NCBI GenBank assembly: GCA_002269645.1
Contig: NIVC01001115.1
Location: forward strand, 187,403 to 251,402
Source: Macrostomum lignano
Lineage: Eukaryota
Length of the DNA stretch: 64,000 nt
Reading direction: 5' to 3'
The notes beneath the pieces are model-generated. The model ran no database searches and had not been told where the DNA came from. It saw only the letters and a list, made by a program, of their open reading frames with translations. Position 1 is the stretch's first letter. Each line of letters opens with the position of its first letter. This document shows positions 12,020-25,900 of this stretch, piece after piece. The position numbers and the translations under genes were made by a program.

Positions 12020-12905
12020 TCTCTTCTCAATGCTGACCCATCCTCTCTTCCCCATGCTGACCCGTCCTCTCCTCCCCATGCTGACCCATCCTCTCCTCCC
12101 CATGCTGACCCGTCCTCTCCTCCCCATGCTGACCCATCCTCTCCTCCCCATGCTGACCCATCCTCTCTTCCCCATGCTGACCCATTGTCTCTTCTCCATG
12201 CTGACCCGTCCTCTCCTCCCCATGCTGACCCATCCTCTCCTCCCCATGCTGACCCATTGTCTCTTCTCCATGCTGACCCGTCCTCTCCTCCCCATGCTGA
12301 CCCATCCTCTCCTCCCCATGCTGACCCATTGTCTCTTCTCCATGCTGACCCATTCTCTCTTCCCCATGCTGACCCATCCTCTCCTCCCCATGCTGACCCA
12401 TCCTCTCCTCCCCATGCTGACCCATTGTCTCTTCTCCATTCTGACCCATCCTCTCTTCCCCATGCTGACCCATCCTCTCCTCCCCATGCTGACCCATCCT
12501 CTCTTCCCCATGCTGACCCATCCTCTCTTCTCAATGCGGACCCATCCTCTCCTCCCCATGCTGACCCATCCTCTCTTCCCCATGCTGACCCATCCTCTCT
12601 TCTCAATGCTGACCCATCCTCTCCTCCCCATGCTGACCCATCCTCTCTTCCCCATGCTGACCCATCCTCTCTTCTCAATGCGGACCCATCCTCTCCTCCA
12701 CATGCTGACCCATCCTCTCTTACCCATGCTGACCCATCCTCTCTTACCCATGCTGACCCATCCTCTCTTACCCATGCTGACCCAATCCTCTCTTACCCAT
12801 GCTGACCCATCCTCTCTTCCCCATGCTGACCCATCCTCTCTTACCCATGCTGACCCATCCCCTCTTCCCCATGCTGACCCATCCTCTCTTCCCCATGCTG
12901 ACTCA
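12020..12905. repeat. 24-bp minisatellite
   Basis: ccatgctgacccatcctctcctcc units, about 37 copies; open in several frames because the unit is 3n. Confidence 0.95.
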
Positions 12906-13309
12906 TCCTCGACTCTACAACAGACAATACATCAGGTAGCTAAGCATATAAAAACCTTTAAATGTACTATTTAATATGTAAGTCGAATTATTTACAAACA
13001 TACGACAATTAAAATACTTAAAAATGGTTCTACTTACTTTCTTTGATAGCAAAGCGCTACCATCAATGGGGCATTAGTTAGAAGTAAAATCTCTTCAATA
13101 CAGAATGAATTCTGCATCACGCTAATAAATAAACAGTCAATAGAGACTTAACAACAGTGCCTTCAGCACGGTACACTCACTTGAAAACTTAAAAGAAATA
13201 AACAGTACAATAAATACTTTGTATAACTCAAAGCAAGCAACAACGTTTATCAGTTGCGGCTGAAAGAAGACGGTTAGAAGCCGCTTTAGTTTTACTCGAT
13301 AATATTAGA

Positions 13310-13730
13310 GGGCGATTACCGACATGATCAGAGGGTGATTACCGACATGATTAGAGGGCGATTACCGACATGATCAGACGATTACCGACATGATTCGAGG
13401 GTGATTACCGACATGATTCGAGGACGATTACCGACATGATTCGAGGGTGATTATGATTACCGACATGATTAGAGGGTGATTACCGACATGATCAGAGGGT
13501 GATTACCGACATGATTAGAGGGTGATTACCGACATGCTTAGAGGGTGATTACCGACATGATTAGAGGGTGATTACCGACATGCTTAGAGGGTGATTACCG
13601 ACATGCTTAGAGGGTGATTACCGACATGCTTAGAGGGTGATTACCGACATAGTCAGAGGGTGATTACCGACATATTAGAGGGTGATTACCGACATGAACA
13701 GAGGGCGACTACCGACATGATCTGAAGGTG
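13310..13730. repeat. 23-bp minisatellite (GGG(C/T)GATT family)
   Basis: gattaccgacatgattagagggt with a 23-bp period. Confidence 0.92.
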
Positions 13731-13925
13731 ACCCCTACAGAGCCCCAGTCCAATTTCCAACATTAAATGAATCTTTCAATGGATCGATTTCAACTTGATT
13801 TTGGGTCGAATAAAATATTAATAACAGAAAATGGATGTACAGCTCTTTTTTAGTAAACAATATTTTTTCAACATTTGATAATAAAAGTTACTAAATAGTT
13901 CTTATAGACGCTCCCAAGTCCGCAG

Positions 13926-16900
13926 TCAGTTGTTGCCATAGCGACGAGTGTTTCTTAGAGCTAGGCGAGGACGCTTCCGAATATTTGTCTGCTGCTGTTG
14001 GGACTGGGATGGGGTGCCGTTGCTACCCGTGCTGGCTGCTCGATCTCCGCTCGAGTCCGCCGCTGCCCGCCGTTTTCTCAACTCTCGGCCGCCAGCAGCC
14101 ACGTCGGCCGGGGTGCCAGACGGCGACTCCGCGCAGTCCGAGGGCGAACGTGGCGGCTCTTTATTGGTGGCGGCCCAGCGCTGACGGAGCTCCTCGATTG
14201 ACGGCTTGCTGTTGGACTGGAAGTCCAGCTGGGAATGCAGGAGGTTGACGATTAACAGGGGCTGTCCAGGTGCGAATGAGAGGGTCAAGGTGTGTCAATA
14301 TGAGTCAAGGCGGGTCAAGGTCGGTCAATGTGGGTCAAGGCGGGTCAAGACGGGTCAAGGTCGGTCAAGAAGGGTCAAGGTCGGAAATCTAATCTATCTT
14401 CTATCTATCTTTCTAATCTTCTAATCTTCTATCTATCTAATCTTCTAAATCTAATCTTCTATCTTCTAAATCTAATCTTCTATCTTCTATCTTAATAAAT
14501 ATACTAAATCTCTAATATTTGTTTGTATGCTTGAATGTCCATAACGCTCTAGAGACTGCAATTCTTCACCGATTTTGATCGCGTCTTCGCCAAAAGATTT
14601 TTGATCAGCCCAGGATTGTATGGTTAAAATTTCTTGTATCTGCTTCAATGCTAAAGGGATTAAATATTCGAAAAACATGATTTTTTGCAAAGGTCAAGCA
14701 GCTCTTTCGACTTGAAATGCGCTGTAAGAATGCTAGAGAAAAAACCGACTGACTGAATTCTGATTTTGATAAAGATTGCATCACAACAAGTTGAAAACAC
14801 TGTGCCAAGTTGAAAGACAGAAATTGCGTAACCATATTGCTAACTTTAATTGAGACTGATGCTGACTGCCTGAGTATTTGATTATGTCATAGCTGCTTCG
14901 TGTGACTTTCACTCGAAGAGAATTTGTGTTATTATTTGCATAACGTTCTAGAGATAGAACCATTGACCAATTTTAATCGCGTTTTTACGAAAAGATTTGT
15001 AATTATCTGGAAAGAAGACAGTTAAAATTTCTTTAATTGGCTTTAATGCTAAAGGTATTAAATATTCGAAAAACGAGTTTTCCCAATGCTTTTAATGGTA
15101 GGGCAAACTAGGTTGAATTCTTGACTGGACTGGCTGAATTCCAATTCCAATTATGATTGCGCCATAACTTTTCTCTCTCCACTGTGTAAGCTTCAATACT
15201 GGGGTTGCAGTGTGCAAGGAGAAAAAATGCTCAGTGGCTGCGTGTGTACATTCTGACCCTGGCTCTGACTGGCGGAGAAAATTGCTATTTATAGATTTCA
15301 CTCAATCAACTGTGCATTGGCTCCGCCTGCACGCCTACACACTGAGCAGCCTATCACTGCTATGTATTTTAACTTCAGTTCTGAAGCATATATGGCTGAT
15401 TTTGTTGTCCTCCCATCAATAGGCGGAGTAGCCGCAGTGTAGGCACTTAGGACTAGGTTTAGGCTAGACGTAAGGTCCAAGGTTCGAGTCTGCCTCCCCG
15501 GCGGATAATAAAAATTCAAAAAATTCAATAATTTATAGCTTGTGCCTGGACTAATTGAAACATTTTTTATTTAATTTCAATTGAAACATTTTTTTATTAA
15601 TTAGCAATTCATTTTTTGCTACTCGGCACAAGCCACTAATCAAATTTGATTTGTAAAAACTGCTTCGAGTATAACTGATCCCATCAATGGGTATTGTCTA
15701 GCTCCATAAAAGTACGAAATTACTAAACTGCAGACAATGCTGCTAAATGCTGAGCTTTTCAAGACTGCCGATATGTATGGAAAATTTATTAGTGAGCCGT
15801 AAAATGCTGAGCAAATTGCAGTTTGCAGAGGAGACTGAGGAGCCGGCCGAGAGGAGAACTGCAGCCTGCTGAGAGAATAAATGAAAATCGTTAATGGTAC
15901 AGTTGTAGACTGAAAATGAAATGACTGCAGACTGCTGAGGGGAACTGCAGACTGTCGAAGGGATCATTGCAGATTGCAAAGGGGAAACAACTGCAAACTG
16001 CTGAGGTAGTTCCTCCAGACGTATGAGCGTATAGCTGCAGACTGCTGAGAGGGAAAACTGCGGACTAATTAGAGGATAATGGCAGACTTCTGAGGCTTAT
16101 AACTAACTATTGAGTTTTGAGTGGATATTTACTGTGGAAGATTAAGTACAAGTTGTTTAGGGGATTTCTGCGGCTGCTAAGTGAAATATTTTTGGCTAAG
16201 GGGACAATTCTATGCCGCTGAGGGTATGCATTCTTAATTTTAATAAAAGTTAAAATTTTTAACTTTGCATTTTAGTTGTAGAATGCAAAGTGGATGATAA
16301 ATGCCGGCTGCTAAGAAATAACTGCAGTCTTTTTGCGGGATTAGATGAAGGGATAATTTCAGGTTGTTGTGGGGATAAATGCCGATTTCCGGGGGTTAAC
16401 TTCAAACGGCTGAAGTTGCTAAACTAGATTATTTCGACCACATGTCAATAGGCACAATAGCCGCAGTAGGCAGGCAGTATCAAGCAGAAGCAAACAGAAT
16501 GCTTTGATGTCAGCAGTTCGAGCCTGCATTGAAGCAGCGAATTTATCTTTGTGACCTGTGACAATAATGATTGCATCCTATGCAGATTCATGGAGATGGT
16601 AAACACTTAAATTTAAAGATACTTTTGCTGGGGCTGCGTTAGTCTTCTAGAGCAGTGCTAATCTGCTGTAAGTGCTAATTTGCAAAGGGTCGTACTAATC
16701 TGGGTGAGCAGTGCTAATCTGATGTACAATGAAGTAATAAATATGCAAGAGGATTGCAAATCAATTTTAAACTGCAAGTTGCAAACATTTCAAATGGTTT
16801 CGATTATTGAGAAGCATATGGAGATCAGTGGCCATCTGCTCCCAGATTTTGCGGAACAGTGCCGGTGAACCATTGCTAAACTGCTGGTGAACCATTGCTA

Positions 16901-19900
16901 AATTGCTGGTGAACCATCGCTAAAGTGATGGTAAACCATTGCTAAAGTGATGGTAAACCACTGTAAGTTTTTAAAAAATGCTACTTTAAACAGAAGAAAA
17001 CTCAACACAAGAAAAAGCGACAAAAGAATCATCATGTCAACCATAAAAGAAGCGGTCTGTCGAGAATAAAATACTCAATGTGAATTGCTAAGATGTCAAG
17101 GCTGGTATGGAAAATTTCTGTGATATCAAGACTCATGGGAGAATTTCTAAGATCTCAAGGCTCAGCGGTAATTGCTATAATGATGTGATTCTGGGGAGAA
17201 TTGCTTTGATTTCAAAGCTTAAGTTCAATTGCTGCGATGTCGATCTTAATGAGGGAATTTCTGAGATGTCAAGGCTTACTGGGGAATTATTGAGATTTCA
17301 AGGCTTACTGGGCCATGGGCCAGATATAGGCCCATGAGAGAAATTCTGAGATGTCTTGTCAAGTCTCAGAGGGAAATTCCTATACTGATGTGATTCTGGG
17401 CAGAATTGCTTTGATTTCAAAGTTCATTTGAGAAATTTCTGAGGTATCAAGGCTCATTAAAATTATTTGCTGTCAAGGCTCATGGAAATAATTTCTGGAA
17501 TGCTGTGGCTCTTGAGGGAATTGCCGACATTGTTAGGGTAAGAGTAAGACGTAAACCATATAAATGAATAGGCCTGTCTAACATTAAATACTCATTGGGG
17601 AATTGCTAAGTTGTAAAGGCTCGTGGGGGGATATCCGAATTATAATGTGGCTCAATGCTCAGGGGGATTGTTGTGATTGCAGTACCTGCTCATAATGCCG
17701 AAATTTTGTGGCTCAAATAGGAGTTGCTGAGATATCAAGGCTCATTGGGGAATAGCTGAGATTTCAAAGCTCACGGGGGATCCCTGTAATGCTGTAGGCT
17801 GTGACTCTTGGGTATTGCTGAGATGCTAAGGTTCACGGGGGAATGACTGAGATTTCAAAGGCTCCTAAAGCGAATAGCTGAAATTCACGAAATGTCAAGG
17901 TTCATTGGGTATTTGTTGAAATGCTGTGGTTTACGGTGGGAATTGCTGAAATTCTGTGACTTGGCAGGGTTAGTTTTCAACCATAAGACTCATGTGAAAG
18001 TGCCAAGATATCAAAAGGTTAGTCGCTAAAGTTTCATGCGCATGGGAAAATTGCTAAGATTTCAAAAGCTCATTGGGGAATTGCTGAAATTCTTGGGCTG
18101 AGAGGGGGAGTTGCTGAAATGCTGTGACTCGGCTGCAGGTTAAGGGTTAGGATTTGAGTTTAATTATAGAGCGATCGTCGTGTCAATCATAAATGATTCA
18201 TCAAGGAATTTCAAAGATTAAAGGGGCGAATTAGTTATATGCTTTGGCTCTTCGGGAATTGCTGACAGTTCAAGGCTTTCGGTGAAATTTAGATTTCAAA
18301 GCTTATGAGGAAGTTACTTAAATGCTCAGGCTCAAGGCTCACGGGGGAGATTGCTAACATGCCAAGACTCACTTATGGGTTAGGGTTAGGGGCTTAGGGT
18401 CAGTTTTGGTTCAATCATAGAATAACCACTCTGTTAACCATCAACTAAAGACTTGCTAAGATGGGAGTTGCTAAGATATCAAAGCTCATGAATGGAATCA
18501 CTGAGTTGACAAGGCTTATGAAGAAATTGCAGAGATATCAAGGCTCATAAGGGGATTGCTGAATTCTTGGGGGAGGGGAGTTGGGTTGTTGGGATGTCAA
18601 GGCTTACTCAGCTGAGAGAGCTGCGTAGATGTCAAGGCTCGAGTTTAATTGCTGCGATGTCGATGCTTAATGGGGGAACTGCTGAGATGTCAAGTCTTAC
18701 TGGGAATTGCTAAGATGTCAAGTCTTACTGGGAATTGCTAAAATGTGAAGGCTTTCTGGGGGAATGCTGAGATTTCAAGGCTTACTGGGGAAATGCTTAG
18801 ATTTCAAGGCTTACTGGGGGAATTCCTCAGATGTCAAGGCTTATTGGGGGAATTGCTGAGATGTTAAGGCTTACTGGGGGAATTGCAGCGATTTCAAGGC
18901 TTACTGGGGGAATTGCAGCGATTTCAAGGCTTACTGCGGCAATTGCTAAGATGTGAATTCTTTCTGGGGGAATTGCTAAGATTTCAAGGCTTACTGGGGG
19001 GATTGCTGAGATCTCGAGGCTTCTCAGCAATTCTTAGCAAGTATTAGCAATTGTTAGCTAAGTATTCTTAGCAATTCTTAGCAATTCTTGTCAAGGCTTA
19101 CTTGGGGAATTGCTGAGATTTCAAGGCTTACTGGGGGGAATTGCTAAGATGACAAGGCTCATGGACGATGGCTGAATTGTTAGGGGTGTTAGGTTGTTGG
19201 GCGATTGTCAGATAGTCAGGTAGTACGGCTGAAGTAGCTCATGTAGTTCAGATATTGAAATAGTACACACAAGTGATGCTGATTTCTGCTAATAGGAAAT
19301 ACCAGCGCATTTATTAAAGGTTTCATTCTTTGATTTAGGCTAATTTAAAGAGAGGGTCTAAGGCCGTCAGTGATTTGCATATTTGCTGCGGATAAGAATA
19401 TGCCCCGGCCAGTGACGATATGTACTAAGAGTTTGTGCTTGAAAGGATCAGCACTATTTGCTGATTGGAAAAGGGTTTTGGGCTGATGAAGGAAACTTTT
19501 TTGGCTGATGAAAGTTCTGATTCATGGCAATTTATTTTTGCCAAAATGAGAAAAGGTAATTTTTGATTAATGGAAAATTGATTAATGGAATTGGCTTTTG
19601 GGGCGAATTACTTAAATGCTTTGGCTCTACGAGGAGTTGCTGACAGGTCAAGGCTTTCGGTAAAATTCAGGTTACAAAGCTTATACCTGAGGAGGTTACC
19701 TTAATGCTGAGACTCAAGGCTCATGGTGGAAATTGCTAACATGCCAAGACTTACTTCTGCGTTAGGGTTAGGGGCTTAGGTGAGTTTTGGTTCCATCTTA
19801 GATTAACGGCTGTCAACCATCAATTAAAGACTTGCTAAGATATCAAAGCTCATGGGGGAATCGCTGAGTTACAAGGCTCATAAAGAAACTGCTGAATTAT

Positions 19901-22900
19901 CAAGGCTTATAAGGGGATTGCTGAATTCTTGGAAGAGAAGAGTCGGGTTGTTGGGATGTCAAGGCATACTGCGCTGGAAGACTTGCGTAGATGTCGAGGC
20001 TTAATGAGGGAACTGCTGAGACGCCAAGGCTTTCTGGAGGAATTCTGAGATTTCAAGGCTTACTGGGGGAATTCCTAAGATATCAAGGCTTACTGGGGGA
20101 ATTGCTGAGATATCAAGGCTTACTGAGGGAATTGCTGATATTTCGAGGCTTACGAGGGGAATTGCTGAGGTGTCAAGGCTTACTGGGGGGAATTGCTGAG
20201 ATGTCAAGTCCTACTGGGAATGGCTAAGATTTCAATGCTTACTGGGGGAATTACTGAGATGTCAAAGCTTACACTGGGAATTGCTGAGATCACAGAGCAT
20301 ACTGAGGGAATTTCTGAGATGTCAAGGATTACTGGGGGAGTTACTGAGATGTCAAAGCTTACTGGGGAATTGCTGAGATCTCAGAGCTTACGGGGCTAAT
20401 TGCTGAGATCTCAATGCTTTACTGGGGCAGTTGCTGAGATTTTAAGGCTTACTGGGGGAATTTCTGAGAGCTCAAGGCTTACTGGGGGAATTGCTGAGAT
20501 GTTAAGGCTTACTGGGGGAATGGCTGAGATGTCAAGGCTCATGGACGATGGCTGAATTGTTGGAGGGAGGGGGGGTTAGTTTGTTAGGCGATTGTCAGAT
20601 AGTCACGTTGTACAGCTCAAGTAGCTCATGTGTCATGTAATTCAGATAATGAAATAGTACACACAAGTGATGCTGATTTCTGCTAATAGGATATACCAGT
20701 GCATTCATTAAAGCTTTGATTCTTTGATTTAGGCTAATATAGAGAGAGGGTCTAAGGCCATCCAGGATTTGCATATTGAGCTCCTTCCAGTGACGATATT
20801 CAGTAATAGTTTGTCCTTGAAAGGATAAGAACTATTTGCTGATTTAGAAAGGGTTTTGGGCTGATGAAGGAAACTGTTTTGGCTGATGAAAGTTCTGATT
20901 CATGGATATTTATTTTTGCCGAAATGAGAAAAGGTAATTTTTGATTAATGGAAAACAACATTTTGGATACTTATAGTAAGGTTACTCTTGTGCCAAAATA
21001 AAAACCAATTGGTGTCATTTTCAAGGCTCCCCAGCGGGGGGCTAAATGGCTAGTCCTATATACTAAAAATGAGTTGTCTGTATATGGGTATGCGATTGAT
21101 TTCAGAAAAATTGGCTCAACCGATTTTCTTCAAACTTGCACCATTTGATCAGAAATTTTCCTGGGACGGTACATGCATCTTGGCTAAGAAATTGCTCAAT
21201 GTTAAAGGGATTAAATATTCGAAAAACATGCTTTTTTGCAAAGGTCAAGCCAAATTTTTGACTTGAAATGCATTGCAAGAATGCTAGAGAAAAAACTGAC
21301 TGGCTGAATTACAATTGTGATAAAGATTGCATCACAACAAGATGAAAACAGTGTCGAAAAAATGCACACAAGACTTGATTGTAATTGCATAACCAATATT
21401 GCTAACTTGAATTGAGACTGATACTAGCTGACTGAGAAATTGATTATGTCATAACTTTTTACTCTGACTGACTTGCTATAAGAATTGAATTATAAAGGCC
21501 ACAATTCATGTTCTCCAATTGAAAAGAGATAGCCTAGATGCAAACAGACTGGACTGCTAATGTAGCGACCTGGGTTCGAATCTTAGTAGTGCAAAAATTT
21601 TTTTTAATTAAAACACTTTAAAACACAAAATGCTTAACATAAAAGAAGCGCAATGTTAAATATAAAAGAGCCACCATGCCAAACATAAAAGTGTCACCAT
21701 GTCGAACACAGAAGAGACACCATGTCAAACATAAAAGAGCCACCATGTCAAACATATACGTGGCTCCATGTCAAACATTAAACAGCTACCATGTTAAACA
21801 TTATAGAGACACCATGTTAAACATAAGAGAGCCACCATGTCGAACATTAAGGAGTCACCATGTAAAACATAAAAGAGCCACCATGTCAAACATAAAAGAT
21901 CCACCATGTCAAACATAAGAGAGCCACCATGTCAAACATAGAAGAGCCACCATTTCGAACATTTAAGTGTCACCCTGTCAAACATCGACGTGACTCCATG
22001 TCGAACATTAAAGAGTCACCATGTCAAACATAAAATAGCCACCATGTTAAACATAAAAGAGGCACCATTTCGAACATTAAAGAGCCACCATGTCAAACAT
22101 CTACGTGACTCCATGTCAAACATAAGACAGCCACCGTGTCAAACATTAAAGATCCACCATGTCAATATTAAAGAACCATCAGGTCAAACATATACGTGAC
22201 TCCATGTCAAACATAAGACAGCCACCGTGTCAAACATTAAAGATCCACCATGTCAATATTAAAGAACCATCAGGTCAAACATATACGTGTCTCCATGACA
22301 AACATTAAAGAGTCATTATGTCAAGCATTAAAGGGCTACCATGTCAAACATTAAAGAGCCACCATGTCAAACATAAGAGAGCCACCATGTCGAACTTTAA
22401 AGAGCCACCATGTCAAACGTAAAAGAACCACCATGTCGAACATAAAAGAGCCGACATGTAGAACATAAAAAAGCCACCATGTCAAACATAAAAGAGCTAC
22501 CATGTCTAACATTAAAGAACCACTTTTTCAAACATTAAAGAGCCACCATGTCGAACATTAAGGAGCTACCATGTCAAACATTTAAGAGCTACCATGTCAA
22601 ACATAAAAGAGCCGACATGTAGAACATAAAAAGCCACCACGTCAAACATGAACGAAACACCATGTCAAACATCAAAGAGCCACCATGTCAAACATATACG
22701 TGACTTCATGTCAAACATTAAAGAGCCACCATGTCAAACATAAAAGAGCCACCATTTCGAACATTAAAGAGCCACCATGTCAAACATTGAAGAGCCACCA
22801 TGTCAAACATTAAAGAGCTACCATGTCAAACATAAAAGATCCACCATGTCAAACATAAGAGAGCCACCATGTCAAACATAGAAGAGCCACCATTTCGAAC

Positions 22901-25900
22901 ATTTAAGTGTCACCCTGTCAAACATCGACGTGACTCCATGTCGAACATTAAAGAGTCACCATGTCAAACATAAAACAGCCACCATGTCAAACATAAAAGA
23001 GGCACCATTTCAAACATTAAAGAGCCACCATGTCAAACATCTACGTGACTCCATGTCAAACATAAGACAGCCACCGTGTCAAACAGTAAAGATCCACCAT
23101 GTCAATATTAAAGAACCATCAGGTCAAACATATACGTGACTCCATGTCAAACATAAGACAGCCACCGTGTCAAACATTAAAGATCCACCATGTCAATATT
23201 AAAGAACCATCAGGTCAAACATATACGTGTCTCCATGACAAACATTAAAGAGTCATTATGTCAAGCATTAAAGGGCTACCATGTCAAACATTAAAGAGCC
23301 ACCATGTCAAACATAAGAGAGCCACCATGTCGAACTTTAAAGAGCCACCATGTCAAACGTAAAAGAACCACCATGTCGAACATAAAAGAGCCGACATGTA
23401 GAACATAAAAAAGCCACCATGTCAAACATAAAAGAGCTACCATGTCTAACATTAAAGAACCACTTTTTCAAACATTAAAGAGCCACCATGTCGAACATTA
23501 AGGAGCTACCATGTCAAACATTTACGAGCTACCATGTCAAACATAAAAGAGCTGACATGTAGAACATAAAAAGCCACCACGTCAAACATGAACGAAACAC
23601 CATGTCAAACATCAAAGAGCCACCATGTCAAACATACAAGGACTTCTAGACTAACAGGACGTAAAACTCAAAGATCGTGCAATTTTTTGGAGGCCACGAT
23701 TTCCTGGAAAAAATACACTGCGAAGATAGGAAAAAATCTGTTTTTCGTCACAAAATCTGTGATTGTATTTGATCTGGGGCAGTGAAGACTACCATTCTTT
23801 TAATTTAACATGCACAACATGTTACTCTATTATATTTTCATATAGCTATGTAATGAAGTTTTAATTTTCATATTGTTTTCACTTTATTTCATAAGCCCAA
23901 AGTGTTGCAAACTCACAAGTGGCATTAGCCAAACTTTTTGTGTTGTTCTTTTTAAAATAAAGTATAAAAACATTGCAAGTAGGTACTCTTAGTCTTAAGC
24001 TATTATTGTAGGTTTAGTAACTATACTAATTCCTAGGCCTACTAGAACTAGACCTATCACTACACTATCTAGCCTAATAAGTAATTAAATTTAGACAATG
24101 ATTTTTTTTATTATATATAGATTACCAATACATAGTTTCATATGGTTGGTTACCTAGGCTTGAGAAAGCTGTATTATCAGTTTTTAAGCCAAGCCTATAT
24201 TTAAGACTAAGATTTAAGAAGAATAGACTTAATCACAAAAATAGGCCCTAACCATTTTTACTAGGTATCTATAAGAAAAAACATTGATTAGTCCTTTTAT
24301 AATTTTTATTTTAAAGGCTAAAAATATTGTTATATTACAAATTTGAATAGCTTTTCTTTTCTTGAATTTGATATTTGGCTAATGCCACTTGTGAGTTTGC
24401 AACTTTGGGCTTATGAAATAAAGTGAAAACAATATGAAAATTAAAACTTCATTACATAGCTATATGAAAATATAATAGAGTAACATGTTGTGCATGGTAA
24501 ATTAAAAGAATGGTAGTCTTCACTGCCCCAGATCAAATACAATCACAGATTTTGTGACGAAAAACAGATTTTTTCCTATCTTCGCAGTGTATTTTTTTCA
24601 GGAAATCGTGGCCTCCAAAAAATTGCACGATCTTTGAGTTTTACGTCCTGTTAGTCTAGAAGTCCTTGCAAACATATACGTGACTTCATGTCAAACATTA
24701 AAGAGCCACCATGTCAAACATAAAAGAGCCACCATTTCGAACATTAAAGAGCCACCATGTCAAACATTAAAGAGCCACCATGTCAAACATTAAAGAGCTA
24801 CCATGTCAAACATAAAAGATCCACCATGTCAAACATAAGAGAGCCACCATGTCAAACATAGAAGAGCCACCATTTCGAACATTTAAGTGTCACCCTGTCA
24901 AACATCGACGTGACTCCATGTCGAACATTAAAGAGTCACCATGTCAAACATAAAATAGCCACCATGTTAAACATAAAAGAGGCACCATTTCGAACATTAA
25001 AGAGCCACCATGTCAAACATCTACGTGACTCCATGTCAAACATAAGACAGCCACCGTGTCAAACATTAAAGATCCACCATGTCAATATTAAAGAACCATC
25101 AGGTCAAACATATACGTGACTCCATGTCAAACATAAGACAGCCACCGTGTCAAACATTAAAGATCCACCATGTCAATATTAAAGAACCATCAGGTCAAAC
25201 ATATACGTGACTCCATGTCAAACATAAGACAGCCACCGTGTCAAACATTAAAGATCCACCATGTCAATATTAAAGAACCATCAGGTCAAACATATACGTG
25301 TCTCCATGACAAACATTAAAGAGTCATTATGTCAAGCATTAAAGGGCTACCATGTCAAACATAAGAGAGCCACCATGTCAAACATAAGAGAGCCACCATG
25401 TCAAACATAAAAAAGCCACCATTTCGAACATTAAAGAGCCACCATATCAAACATCTACGCGACTCCATGTCGAACATTAAAGAGTCACCATGTCAAACAT
25501 AAAAGAGCCACCATGTCAAACATAAAGGAGCCACCATGTCAAACATATACGTGACTCCATGTCAAACATTAAAGAGCCACCATGTCGAACATTAAAGAGT
25601 CACCATGTCAAACATAAAAGAGCCACCATGTCAAACATAAAGGAGCCACCATGTCAAACATATACGTGACTTCATGTCAAACATTAAAGAGCCACCATGT
25701 CGAACATTAAAGAGCCACCATGTCAAACATAAGAGAGCCACCATGTCAAACATAAGAGAGCCACCATGTCAAACATAAAAAAGCCACCATTTCGAACATT
25801 AAATAGCTACCATATCAAACATCTACGTGACTCCATGTCAAACATAAGAGAGCCGCCATGTCAAACATTAAAAATCCACCATGTCAATATTAAAGAGCCA

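Noticed and set aside
11974-12974. Five overlapping long ORFs
   Set aside because: 24-bp (3n) tandem repeat open in most frames on both strands.
21530-21592. Functional tRNA genes
   Set aside because: Acceptor and anticodon stems do not pair and copies are degenerate; treated as tRNA-derived modules only.
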